From NCBI GenBank assembly GCA_046563655.1, contig CM102288.1, forward strand, positions 496,001-560,000: DNA of 64,000 bases. Reading direction: 5' to 3'. The notes beneath the pieces were generated by a model. The model was not told the DNA's origin and did not search any database. It worked only from the letters and a program-made list of their open reading frames with translations. The translations under genes and the position numbers were made by a program. The DNA comes from Yuukianura sp. NJ FZ-2021 (taxonomy: Eukaryota). Of the stretch, positions 48,870 through 61,531 are shown piece by piece; within the stretch, counting starts at the first letter, position 1, and the number at the start of each line of letters is the position of its first letter.

Positions 48870-50666
48870 TTAGCCCTGCTTTCCAATTTCCAGTTTCTTC
48901 TTGATGAGTTGATTTGATTTGTAAATAGTGGCGTCCAGTAGTCCAGCGACAGTGAAGATTCCACCAATGATGGCACACACACTCGTGGCAAAATGGCCAA
49001 ACGACCTTAAATCAACAACAACATTGTTCATTTCAGTTTAAAATTAAACTAATTAATCTGTTTGAATTTGGTCCAACTCACTTTCGCTTTTCAGTAAACT
49101 TGATCATAATGGGTGAAATGTCGTAAGAAAAGAAAACTCCCGGCATTCCACTCTCTCCGCTCATCATGCTAACGGCCTTCTGATGTCGTGTTGTCGAGTA
49201 CTGATTTGTATGTAAAACGCTTCTATTCAAGGCTTCGTACATAGTTGGAACAATTTTCAAGTAGTATTGATACATCATTGACTCTGAAATGTTGAACATA
49301 CATTAAAACATTAAAGACAAAAATTTTTTAAAAAAATCACTACTTTTACAACTGAAAACTTACCTTCATGAGCAACTCCATCAACGCCATCCATCGGATT
49401 AGTAATTGTTCTGCCTAAAAGTTTGGAATTAATAGCAGATTGATGAGAATTTTGATTGATTAATTTTAACAGATTTAATTGATTTAGTCCTACCAGGAAT
49501 GGGGTCACCAAAACTAAGGCTGTTGATATGATGTGTCATATTAAACTGACTTGAGGAATAAGGCTGTACATCGTGCACTGGAAACAGTACAATTTTTCAT
49601 AAAACAATTTAACACAACTTTTTTTTTCGGTTGAACTCACCATGAACGTGACTTATTGAGAAACTTTTGCCTGGTGCTATATGAAAGCTTCCAGAAACTC
49701 GATTGACCTCCATGTAGCCATAGATCTGACATCCTTCATTAAAAACCTTCAGCATGTCCGCCACCATCCCCTTGCACTGAACAATCGTTTCAGGAGACTG
49801 CATTGCCCAACCTGTTCAAATCATTTAGAAGGCAAACAATTATACACATGTAGATTTGAAAACTATGAAGTCAACATACCTTTGATTCTATACGCTTCTT
49901 TGACCTCTTCACAAGTATTGCAACATTTTAGAGCCGGAGACTCTGCCCCGTAGCAGCTTCCGCATGCCGGCTTTGCGACGGAAGTGTCGTTGTTCTGTCC
50001 CTCGGATTCCGAAGGTGACGATTCTGTCTCCGTTTTATCATCCGTTCTGTTTTTGCCTATACTGCTATCACCTAGGTCTACAAAAACGAAATTCTGTCGT
50101 TAGATGAAACAAGCCTCTGTAGATTTTCGAAGTGCTTTACTAATTGTCTTCTCGGGATCGCTTATTGGAATCCCTTCGGAGTTCAGCCGGCGTTTAAAAA
50201 TATTGTGCTCAATTGACGTCTGATGCTCTCCTGAGGAGTCCATTGCATCCAGACTTAAAACTGAAATTTAAACAAATCATAAATATTAGGCCGACGTGAA
50301 ATTAAAATGTAATCAATTATTAGCATGCTTGACTTACAGGAACATGCCACTCGCGGAAAGACAATGTCTAAATTAATTCTGAGCTTGTGAGATCTCCCAA
50401 TATCAACAAAGAGCTCTTCAGTAACTTTCGGGGTCAAAAAATCACATAATTCAGAGATGAACAGGGCTCCGATTATTATTGTACTGATGATCGTCACTAT
50501 ACAAAAATGAAATGTAAATTAACACATTGATGGTTTTCATAACTGACGGTTAATTGATTGATTGTCTTGCATTACCTGAACCACCAATCTTAGTTTTAAT
50601 TCTAAAATCTTCAATCGGTTTAGGATAGGCATCCAAGTCTCGTAAACGCTCCCATATGTAAGACAT
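48870..50666 (-). CDS. ERGIC3: ER-Golgi intermediate compartment protein 3 (Erv46)
   Basis: LDAYPKPIEDFRIKT, CGSCYGAE..CCNTCEEV, EGCQIYGYMEVNRVSGSFHIAPG, MPGVFFSYDISP, CAIIGGIFTVAG, KKLEIGK. Confidence 0.95.
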
Positions 50667-51861
50667 TTTTTTAATCCCTAACTTTTTACTTTAATTTATC
50701 AGTGTCCTTATTAATGAAAATAACTTTGTGCCTAATTAAACACTTATGCCGGGTGCCGTACAAGATCAACAGTTACAGTTAATTTGACACCTTGACACTG
50801 ACAGAAGGAGTTGTCGGATGCCAGCAAAAGAGACAGTGACAAAACAACAACAGATTAATTAATTAAAGTTCATTAATTAAAAAAATTGACAGCAGTCAAT
50901 ACACAGTTGGAGTAAGGTTTAACGACCGTTATTTTAACCACACAGTATAGCCATTTTTAAGACTACAATGGGTGGGTGGCTACACTGTGCGTCTACTTTT
51001 GTTGCCACTTTACGTTAAGTTTCTTTAAGTCAGAATGGCTACAAATGTGGTTACATTAGATGGTTGTCTGTTGTAGCCACACAAGTTGGTCGGAATGGCT
51101 ACATTGTGATGTTACAATAATGCTCATTAATCCTTACGTCAGCTCTTTAAAACTCAAGTGGCGGTGTTTTAACAAAAATTGAAATTCAAACTTTTAAAAT
51201 TCAAACTTTTAAAATTCGAACTAAAAAAAATTTACCCGCCCTTTTGTTTCTTTCGCGTCACCAACCACAGAACATATTCATTGCCTTAAAAAATTGCGTT
51301 GATTGGTCAAATTACTAATTAAATTTTTAGAATTAAAAAGTTAACACCTTGTTTTGAGTAATTGAAGGTCACTTTATTTCCACTTTATTTCAGTTGTGCA
51401 GGTAAATTCTAAACTCTCACGTGATCTAAATAAGTTTGAAGTAAGTGTGATTTTGATTGATTAATCCCATTTCAATTTAAATTAACTTCTTCGCCAAATC
51501 ACGACCAATTTTTCTAAAAAAGGAAGGCACAGATTAGTCTTCGGAGTGAGTTGATTGTTACAATAAACTAAAGACATGCACTAAATTTATGCCATTAACC
51601 CTTGACCTTTGAGCCTTTCCTTTACAATTGAGCTTTGGGTTTCGGGAGTTAAAGATTCATTAGAGTATAAGTTAATCACAATCAACCATTTCCTAATATA
51701 CACAATTTACATGGGAAGAACATCTTGCCATAACTGTGTGATGAAGAAGAGACAATACAAAAAGATGAGTCTGAAAATTATTGCTTGATTCTGGAAGGAT
51801 TTTGACAGTTTGAAGTAACCTTTGATATTAAATTGCAGATTGGTCGCTGTGTTTTTAAATT

Positions 51862-52805
51862 TTACCAGTCGCTGCTAATTTCAAATTTCCAGTCCCATTG
51901 CAAATGGATGTTTTTGTCATCGTCAGTGAATGTGGAGTTCACAGAGTAATTTCCACGGAACAACAAACCGGACGGAGCCTCTTCTGGAGCGGCAGTAAAA
52001 CTTTGGATTTCCATTTTTGGAGCGTAACTTCCAACCATTGGAGACATCGTGTCAACTGAAATCAATAAAAAATGAATTTGTAATGTACCCTAAATCCTCG
52101 CATATACCGCGCCGTTATCTGCGGTTCAGTTGGTTGCAATTTCCATTATTTTGAACCTTACCGCGGATCCCCTTGCGTGACGTTTTTTGAACGTACTTGA
52201 GCCCATGAACGATTTCGCGTTGCACAATAAAATCAATCCTGATTCGGTACTGGATTCCTTCCTTAATCTTAAATTTCTGTTCCTTCAGTTTCGACAAATC
52301 TCCGGTAAGGTCCAGTTCCTTATCCGGCATTCCTTCCACCATCAGCGCCAGTTTCTTAACGATGACGTTACGGGGGTCATTCGGATCTGTATGTAAATAG
52401 TAAGAAACGAATAACGTTTTAAAGTCGTCGATATTCCGGCATTAGCATCGATAAATCATAGATTCCTTCTAAAATAAACTTCAACATATGCTGTTTAATG
52501 TTAATACGAAACAGCCGACCGGATACAATCCAGACCTGGGAGTCATCACATTCTCGACAGCTTACATAAACATATCATGCGTTTTTTAACCCGCGTTTTT
52601 GCGTTTCTTTAAGATTCATACCGTAAATAATCTTTTCTCCCGAAACGGCTCCACCCAAAAGTGCTTCCTTGTAGCGTTGAAGACTCTTGTCATCCTTGTC
52701 AGCTTCAATTAATTCCTCCAGTGTCTTCTGTGGTGGTGGTTTGTAATTTTGGTCAATTTCTTCGCCCTCTACATCAACAGATCCGTCTTGCTCCCGAGAT
52801 GACAT
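51862..52805 (-). CDS. RhoGDI: Rho GDP-dissociation inhibitor
   Basis: NYKPPPQKTLEEL...SLQRYKEALLG, FKIKEGIQYRI, MVGSYAP, EEAPSG, FTDDDK..HLQWDW. Confidence 0.96.
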
Positions 52806-54084
52806 TTTGCTATGCTAATAACTGGTCGGTACGATTCTGTCAACGGTAAATCTGCCAAAATCAGAGGAAAAGTCAACTTTTTAGGCATAATGAATTTCAG
52901 ATAGGAGAAAACGAGAAATAGCGTTCAAGATCAAGAGTTACTGACCTCTGTTTCTGTGCCGGTAATCTAAATGACGTAGAAGTTGTACTGAATGTTGAAT
53001 TCGGTGTTAATTAGTTTAATTAAAACAAACAAAACGGTGGTGGGTGTTTTCTTAAAATGAGGAAACTTTGTGATTAAAATGAAATTGTGAATGGGCTGGG
53101 CTTTACGGTTTCTCTCTAATTTCCTCTACGCGCCTCATCAGCACAAAGTCTCACTCTTTTTGCCAATTTTGTCACTCCGCATCGACACCTTTTACCAACA
53201 CCAAAACAGTTGTACGACTCATTTGCATAGGATATTCAATATCTACACACGGCTGTGAGGTTTCGCACGCCAACTACTAATTTAGTAACTTACAAAAAAA
53301 AGTCTGCAATTAAACGAATTAAACGGTAGTTTACCATGTGTTGAAGAGATTCGATTACACATTTTGGCAACTTTTTTCTAAAAATTTAAATCGGAAGTAC
53401 GCTGTATACTGATACTCGACTTTATGCGTTTAACGGGGTTTAACCATTATGAAATCACTCAATAAGATTTGGTGGAGCTTAATTCTAATTGGTAATTGTT
53501 AATACTAAATACGCCAAGCCAAGAATTATTGCAAAACATTTCTTGAAACGTGGAAAAGACAATCTCGTCAAATCTGTAGAACTTGTTTTTTATCACGAGA
53601 AGTAAAACTTTTAATTTTTATTGAACGATCTTAAAAGAATGAACAATAATTCAATTCCGATCCCGAGTAACACCCAGAAAAGAGATCATAATCAAAGGCG
53701 TGGCATCGTCTTGAATGAGAGTACTTCGAAGAAAGTTGCAAAAAATTTGCAAAACTTTTTAGTCTTGTTTGCAAAAATAAAAAGTGAAAGTAAATTAGCA
53801 AAACAAAGAGTTTGATTTTAATTAAGACCTGGGTGGGATCATATGACTCGTATGCGTCAGCGTCATAAGAAGTTCGAATGATTCAGCACAAAAGTTGTGG
53901 AAAACAGATGATCGAATCCTGTCCTGTTATTTGCAAAGTTGTCTCTTCGTCAATAACAAAGTGATCTTGAGCATAAGTGGGTGGTCAGTAATTAGCTCTG
54001 AACTTGTATACAAAGTCAAAGGTCAAAGGTCACATTATTACGCCATAAGGTGACATGGAGTCCTGCTAACGTTTTACGATAAAA

Positions 54085-54742
54085 ATGGAAACTGATGAAT
54101 CTCCAACTACAACTTCAAACGACGTAGAAGATAACTCTAAAGTAGAGGACAATCATAGCGAAAGCAAAACCGACGACAAAGGTCAACCGAGTACTGCAGA
54201 GGTAGAGGTCAAGAAGCCAGAGGTCACTGAACCACAGTCAGCCAGTTCATCTCCAACTAAAGTCAAAAAGACCGAAAAAAGTAAGTTTCGACATGAAAAC
54301 GTTTATAAAACGTTTCAACAAACTCGTACTTATGGCTTTCGAATCTAAAGAAGTTTTAGTTACTCAAGTTATTAATTGTGATTAAATTTTTTTTTGTGAT
54401 TGACAGTAAACATTTTGCTGAAACCAGTCGGAGACGCACCGATTCTAAAACAGCGATTGTGGGGAGTTGATCCAGACAAACCAGTATCCAGTATCCTCCT
54501 GTTCATCAAGCAGTACATGCGACTTGAACCGGATCAGAACTTAGTAAGAACAGTTCATACTTTAAAACTTAAACTTGAAAAGTACTTAATATATGATTCA
54601 TGATTGTCATATTTTTCAGTTCTTCTTTGTCAATCAAGCTTTTGCTCCCTCTCCAGACCAACTAATCCGAAATCTGTACGAGTGCTTTGGTTCCGACGGT
54701 CGCCTCATACTAAATTACAGCACTACAACAGCATGGGGCTAA
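54085..54742 (+). CDS. Atg12: Autophagy ubiquitin-like protein ATG12
   Basis: [36 protein letters not shown], ends TTAWG* (C-terminal Gly). Confidence 0.95.
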
Positions 54743-55234
54743 AACGAGAGATTCTGATGCTGGATGACTCGACAACTTCATCGTCCTCGACTTCCTCCAA
54801 TGAAATTATCATTGATTTCGACTGGTCCATCAAAGAAGAGGATGAGGTACAAAATAACGTTGTTATTTCAATACCTTTACCTTTTGAAGCAGCATGACTT
54901 CATGCACGAAATCACAAACACTTCACATTCTCCCTGACTTCCACCGCTGAAAAGAAAAACATCATCTCCCAACTGAAAAATCCGCTTATCATCCTTTCCT
55001 TCTCCCAAACAGTTTTCAACAATGGGACACTTCTTGCCTAAGGAACAAACTAACCTTGGTACGTCTCCGCTCTTATGAGTGATGACTTGCGATTTCTAAA
55101 AAAAATCAGCTAGATTGACTTTGCTTGCGTCCATTTTGAACATTTCGTTACTTGACTCCTGGCGCTTCCGCTTTTAACTTCTAAGCTCCAAACGCTTTGT
55201 TCCTAGAGTTGCTTTCAAAAATTTTTACGACAAA

Positions 55235-56010
55235 ATGTCGTATGTCGACGCTCACCAGTATCTCCAGCCCAGTACCTCTAGAATCATAAAAGAACCGATG
55301 CTGCAGCTCCAGCGCGGTGGAGTCGGCGCAGTAAGTTCCAGTCCAAACGCTTGTCCGGAACGCCTAACTTTTCATCTTTCGGTTTTTAGAGGAGGATTGT
55401 AGAAATCTATGTAAGCATGTTTTTTTTTTGTACTTTTTAGCCGCAACAACAACACCAAGGTCAAATGGGCCAAATGTCGCCAATGTGTGATGTGATGTCG
55501 GACGACGAGCTGGTGACCATTTCAGTCCGTGACCTCAACCGAACTCTAAAAGCACGCGGATTATGTCGTGAAGAAATAGTTCGAATGAAACAAAGGAGAA
55601 GAACTCTCAAAAATCGCGGTTATGCTGCAAGGTACTAAGACAAAAAGCTTGCTGTCAAAAACGTTTTATTTTCGTTTCGACTTTCGTCGTTTGAACGTTT
55701 CGCTTTATGCCAATTTATTTTTACTTTTCAAGTTTCCTACCATTAAAATTGAATGTTTAGTTGCTTATCTAAAAGTAAATCCAAAATTTAAAACTAATTG
55801 CGGTTGTTTTTAAAATTTAGTTGTCGTGTCAAAAGACTGGAACAGCGTGATACACTGGACACTGATAGAAACATGGAGCAGTCTACAATTGAGCAAATGG
55901 TGACCAGAAATGAAGAAGTGCGGGAAGAAATAAAAGCATGGGAGTCAAAGTATGAAGCTCTGAGGCGGTTTGCCCTCCAAAAGAATATTCCATTACCTTA
56001 TGATATGTAA
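55235..56010 (+). CDS. maf-S: Small Maf bZIP transcription factor
   Basis: [22 protein letters not shown]...[21 protein letters not shown]; short N-terminus without an activation domain. Confidence 0.9.
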
Positions 56011-56068
56011 ACTACTGTAAATCATTTTCAAATTAAGTTAAAATTAAAGTTAGAGTTAATTACGTTCA

Positions 56069-57797
56069 TCAACCGTAAAGAAATCCGCCCTTATTTATGC
56101 TAATCCGCTTCCTAAAGCTGAATCCTTTGCCGAATCCAAATCCTCCCCACGGATAGCCTACTGATCCGTAGTAGCCTCCAGGATATGGATAGCCTGGAAC
56201 TGCTGCTGGAGGAATCACTACTGCCGGTGCTGGAGGAGTGACAACTGCTGGACTGACGACTGCTGGAGTGACGGCTGCTGGAGGAGTGACGACTGCCGGA
56301 GTGACGGCTGCTGAAGGAGTGACGGATGCTGGAGTGACGACTGCTGGAGTGAGGAGGACTGCTGGAGGAGTGGCGACTGCTGGAGGATTGAGGGCTACAG
56401 ACGGACTGACGACTACATGAGGATTGATGACTACATGAGGATTGACGACTACATGAGGATTGGCGACTGCCGGAGGGGTCACGAATGCAGGATGAGTGGC
56501 GACTGCTGGAGGGGTAACGACTGCATGAGGAATGGCGACTGCTGGAGGAGTAACTACTGCAGGAGGAGTGACGACTACATGAGGAGTGACGACTTCTGGA
56601 TTGATGACTACAGGAGGAGTGACGACTTGAGTGCCAGTAGGCTTCGGGTGGTGATGGTGATGGTGACCGTGGTGGCCACCGTTGCCATCCGTCTCTGAAG
56701 TTATGACAGAAGAAGTTGCCGTTGCAGTTGCTTCGACCGTTGACTTTCCACCGGAACTACCTTTGCCAACAATTGGAATCATAAGATGCATTGGCTCAAC
56801 GACCTGAAAAAATCATCACGGTTAATTTTTGAATTTATGCAATTTGCAAATTCTCAGAAAAGATTCCAAAACAGTCAAAGTTTAATTTACATAATGAACT
56901 ACGTATTTTTTCTTACGTGATATGCATTATGAGCATTGTATGCATTGGCAGCATCAATAGCCGCCACAGCAGCTTGGAAAGCCAGCAACTCCTCGTCACT
57001 CACAACGAGACATCGGACAGCGCCTTGTCCAGGACACGGTGCAATGACCCCGAAATCACGAACGTCTGTTGGCAGCACACCGTAAGGTCGAGCACACTGA
57101 GCTTGCGGGACACAAGCAGCAGCAGCAGCAAACGAATCCTACACAAAAAAAAATGATTACTAAATTAATCGATTACTTACTCGATTAATCGATTACTTAC
57201 GTAGGTCCCAGCCCATGGTCCGTCGAAACAACACGTTTGAAATGTCGTTCCACAAACGACATCAGAGAAACGGAGAACAGATTGAGTATAGGCTCCCGCC
57301 GCTCCAGAACAAGCTCCGCGTGTGACGCAGCCGCAGTTGGGCAATGCTCCAGCATGAAGTGGCTTCGGCGTGTCGAATCCAAAGTGTTCCGTCGGTATCG
57401 GTAAAGGTCCTTCCGGTCGTACGTAAACTCCGGCGGGTTTCGAAATGGTCGTTTCAGAAGTCACGCCTAAGATGGATTCCGACGCAGACGCTCCAGAACC
57501 TTGGACATGATAAATGTGACCGGGAATCTCCACACTTAGCATTTGGGCGACATCAGCTTCGTCGTGGTCAACGGTCGCAGTAGAAGCGGAAGCGGAGACT
57601 GAAGCAGTTGACATTGTTCCGACATGAAGGTCATTTCCGGTAACAGTAGACAGTTTTCCGCTTCGGCGAATACCGGCACTGATACTTGAGTATTCGGTGT
57701 CCGGAGTTTCACGAGGATCGAGTTGACCTTGAGCAGGAACTAAGAAAAGTGCTACTGAACAAATCAGAAGTGGCAAATGACCTAAGGTCAACGCCAT
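56069..57797 (-). CDS. Secreted protein: two clip-like Cys modules, His tract, Val/Pro/Ala-rich repeats and Gly/Tyr tail (cuticle/extracellular-matrix-like), 3 exons
   Basis: Signal peptide; CGCVTRGAC...CGTTFQTCC; middle exon (56937-57140) CVPQAQC...CPGQGAVRC; (V/A)V(T/N)P(P/H) repeats; GYPYPGGYYG...GFGFGKG tail. Confidence 0.75.
56215..56630 (-). repeat. Coding 15-18-bp tandem repeats (AVVTPP / VVNPH)
   Basis: Plus-strand units such as ggagtgacgactgctgga and ggattgacgactacatga repeated about 20 times. Confidence 0.9.
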
Positions 57798-58178
57798 TTT
57801 TGTTTCTTCTTGGTTAGATATGTGTCACACTGCTAAAGAAAAAGTGACTTGAAAGTTAGAGGTTGAAAAATAGACTGGAAGGAAATAGTAGTTGGAAGGT
57901 ACATTTATAAACTTTCTGCAACAAAAAAAGTTAATTAGCAAATCAAACTGAAAACTTTCCAGTTTTATGTGCAACTTTTTTTGTTGCAAAATTGGAAACT
58001 TCCAAGAGTTAATTACATTTATTCAAATTTTAGCAAAGGCAAACGAACGAACAACATCGTTCATTTGATTTTTAGTAAGGAATAGAACGAATGAGGGGTA
58101 ATGAATGTAAACTTAGCTTATTATGTTCGTCGTGTGTAGGAAAGCTTATACTGTTGCTTGGACTGTGACGAAGAGAGT

Positions 58179-58699
<521 letters not shown>

Positions 58700-59279
58700 T
58701 TTTGTGTCTTTGTCAACTTCTTGTCCTTAAAGAGCGTTAAATGTTGGTTAAATTAGTTATTGCTAATCAAGGTGAGATTAACGATTGATTTACCCGAAAG
58801 AACTGGAACGAGCAACAAACAATTAACTCTGAGGTCGAGGTGATAACAAATAATTGCTAGGAGACGAGAAAATCTTTGTCATTTCTCATTACAAAAAGAA
58901 ACGACAGGCAATAGGCAAAACAATCCTGGCAAGATTTTGAATTTTTGCCATCCCGCCCTACCCGGCAGAAAAGTCTCACAACCATTTCGTTTTTCTAAAA
59001 ACTGAGTTTTTGAATTTTGAAAACTTTCAAAATAAAATTTTTTAGTAGTCAAAAGAATAATTTGGAATTGGAACAACAATCATTGTTATTGCATGTACAA
59101 AATCATTTTTTGAGCACTTTTAAGTAAGGCACTTTATAGACACTCAGCAATAAAATTGGTTACTAAATTACTTAATTAAAAATAAGTTAAAATTAAATCC
59201 AATTGCTGGACGGAGGATTTCCGAGTTGCAGGAATCTCAAACGTTTGAATTTCGTTTCCTAAATTAATGTCCCCTTTTT

Positions 59280-61063
59280 TCAAACTTTAGTTTCAAAATT
59301 TTGCGCCAGAGCTACTCGTTTCAAAATGTCTCCCGGTCCTGGTCCTTTTCTTCTCGTTTCAATTTCATGTAGAATGGCCAATCGGAATATTTCGTAACTC
59401 ATTACAACTCGTTCCAATTCGTGTCGAAACAATCGTTTGAGCATCGTATCGAAACAATCCAGTTCCGGTAATTTAAATAGTTCCCACCTTAGTTTTCCAT
59501 CTAACTGCGATGGAGCTTGTGAATACACTTGGAGCCAATCAGGGATATCTGAAAAGTCAAAAGAAATTAATCAGAGGTCAATGACCTAGCAACATTCTTT
59601 TCTTAGACTGACTTTGATCCGAGATCATTCACAAAAGTCTTTTACCTTGAAGTAAATACGGAAATCCAGGAACTAGAACCGACGGAGGCTTGAAGTCGGT
59701 GTGATGCGGCTGATCTCTCATCTGATTGGTGAAATAGTGACTGTCATTGACCAATGGCTGCGGTCTTGAGGGGGTCAATGACCTCAGGGCGTTGTGACCT
59801 TCATGACTAGACGGAGTATTGCCTCGGGAAGAGCCGGATGACCTCAGGGCATAGTAGACCGGTGCACATGGATGTTCATACTGAGTTTGTCGGGTGATAT
59901 GACTGAAAAAAACAGAGTTTTCAAGGTAAAGGTCAACTATTAACCCAGATCAGGGTCAAACGAGGTCATTGACCTCTGTAAGTACCTACTTCACATAGTA
60001 GACACCGTAATCCTGTGATTCAATGCGTTCCCATCCGGTGGGCAGTCCTTCCTGGGTCAATGGATGTGACCAGTGTGTCGTCTGTGTGTTATGGTCAATG
60101 TAGTACTTCCGACCACGCAGTGTTTCGTCGACAGACCATCCCGATGGCAGTGGCAACTCTTCACAACTTCGGCCTAACATTTTCAAAAAAAAAATTTAAA
60201 AACCTTCAAAATTTTGAAAAACTGAAACTCATACTTCGACTCTGATATCCTCCGTAGTTGGCAGCCGTTTTCTTCTGGAACTGTGATCGCTCTAATTCCA
60301 ATTCGTCCAAATTTACATACGAATTTGACGAGTACTTTAACCTCTCCGGTGTTCTCTCGTTTCCTATTCCATCCTATATCAAGAATAAATAAATATAATA
60401 TATAAATTAATACATAAATAGTATAAAGTGAACCAACTCACTCTAAACTTTGAGTATTCACTAAAATGTTGATATGGTGGACACGGTGGAGCCGAGTTAA
60501 GCGAAGTTTGTGACCCTGCTGACCCACCGCAGTAATTCAAAAAAGTCATTCCTCCCGGGAGTACTTGACCCCCAGAATCCGAAAAAAATTGTTGTTGCTG
60601 GAAGTTTCTTGCTGGAAGTATTTGCGTACTTCTGGAGTCGAAGTTGGGAAGGGACGTTGGTCCTCCTGTGTGGAGTAACCTTTGACCTGCATTTGAGTTA
60701 AGTGGAACTTCTATAAAAGCATTTGGAAGGCCAAGGGAGTTCACATTTTGGTAAAATGGCTGCAATTGGGACGGAGGTTGCTGATTTTGCTCTGCTCGGG
60801 CAGCATTTCGCTGTTCCTTTTCAATCGCTTTCTGTTTAGAACGAGCGTATTCTTTTCCATTTATTTTGTCTGGTGTCCATACATTGATCACTGTTTCAAT
60901 TTAACAAATACTTTTTAAATTTTCAAAATTTTGACATTAAAAAAAACGTAAAAACGTTTTCCTTACTTGACACTGTAGACGGAACATCCTTCTTGATATA
61001 CCGTCCGGCAATCCCAAAGTCCTGCTGACTTTTGTGCTTTGAATCTTTCTTTTTCGACAGCAT
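59280..61063 (-). CDS. sav: Salvador (Hippo pathway scaffold; 2 WW domains + SARAH)
   Basis: MLSKKK...GRYIKKD N-terminus; [70 protein letters not shown]. Confidence 0.94.
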
Positions 61064-61531
61064 TCAAAAAATTTGTGAATAAAAAGTTAAATTAAATTGA
61101 AAGCAAAAACACAGTTCATCAGATTTTCTTTCTCTGATTCGAAAGTTCCAAATTTTGATCTATAATAATATCAAAAATGATAAATTTGGAATAAGTTTTT
61201 GAATTTTGAGTTCGGCTGTTTCTGTTTATGTTTGAAATTTTGAACTTTGGAATTCACATTTTATTTGGCGCAAGTTAATCCGAAGAGTACAAAATTCCAT
61301 TCTCTGTTGGTCTTAACTCATTAGCACTTTCAACTCAGTGCTAAAAAAAATTAAGTTTTAATCCTGAGAAGGTGATAGATTTTTGAAATCGTCATTTTTT
61401 AAAAATTTAAAAAATACAAAAGTTTTTTTTTTTTTATTTTTTTTACGAAAATCTGAAAAACATTCAGGTTAGAGACTATTCCATCTGTTGCAAAAACCGT
61501 AAAATTCAAAATTGCTCATTTAGGATTAAAA

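Noticed and set aside
52390..52570. Intronic C/D snoRNA in RhoGDI (minus-strand TGATGA near 52545)
   Set aside because: No matching D box or terminal stem found; no tRNA or rRNA genes were recognised anywhere in the window.
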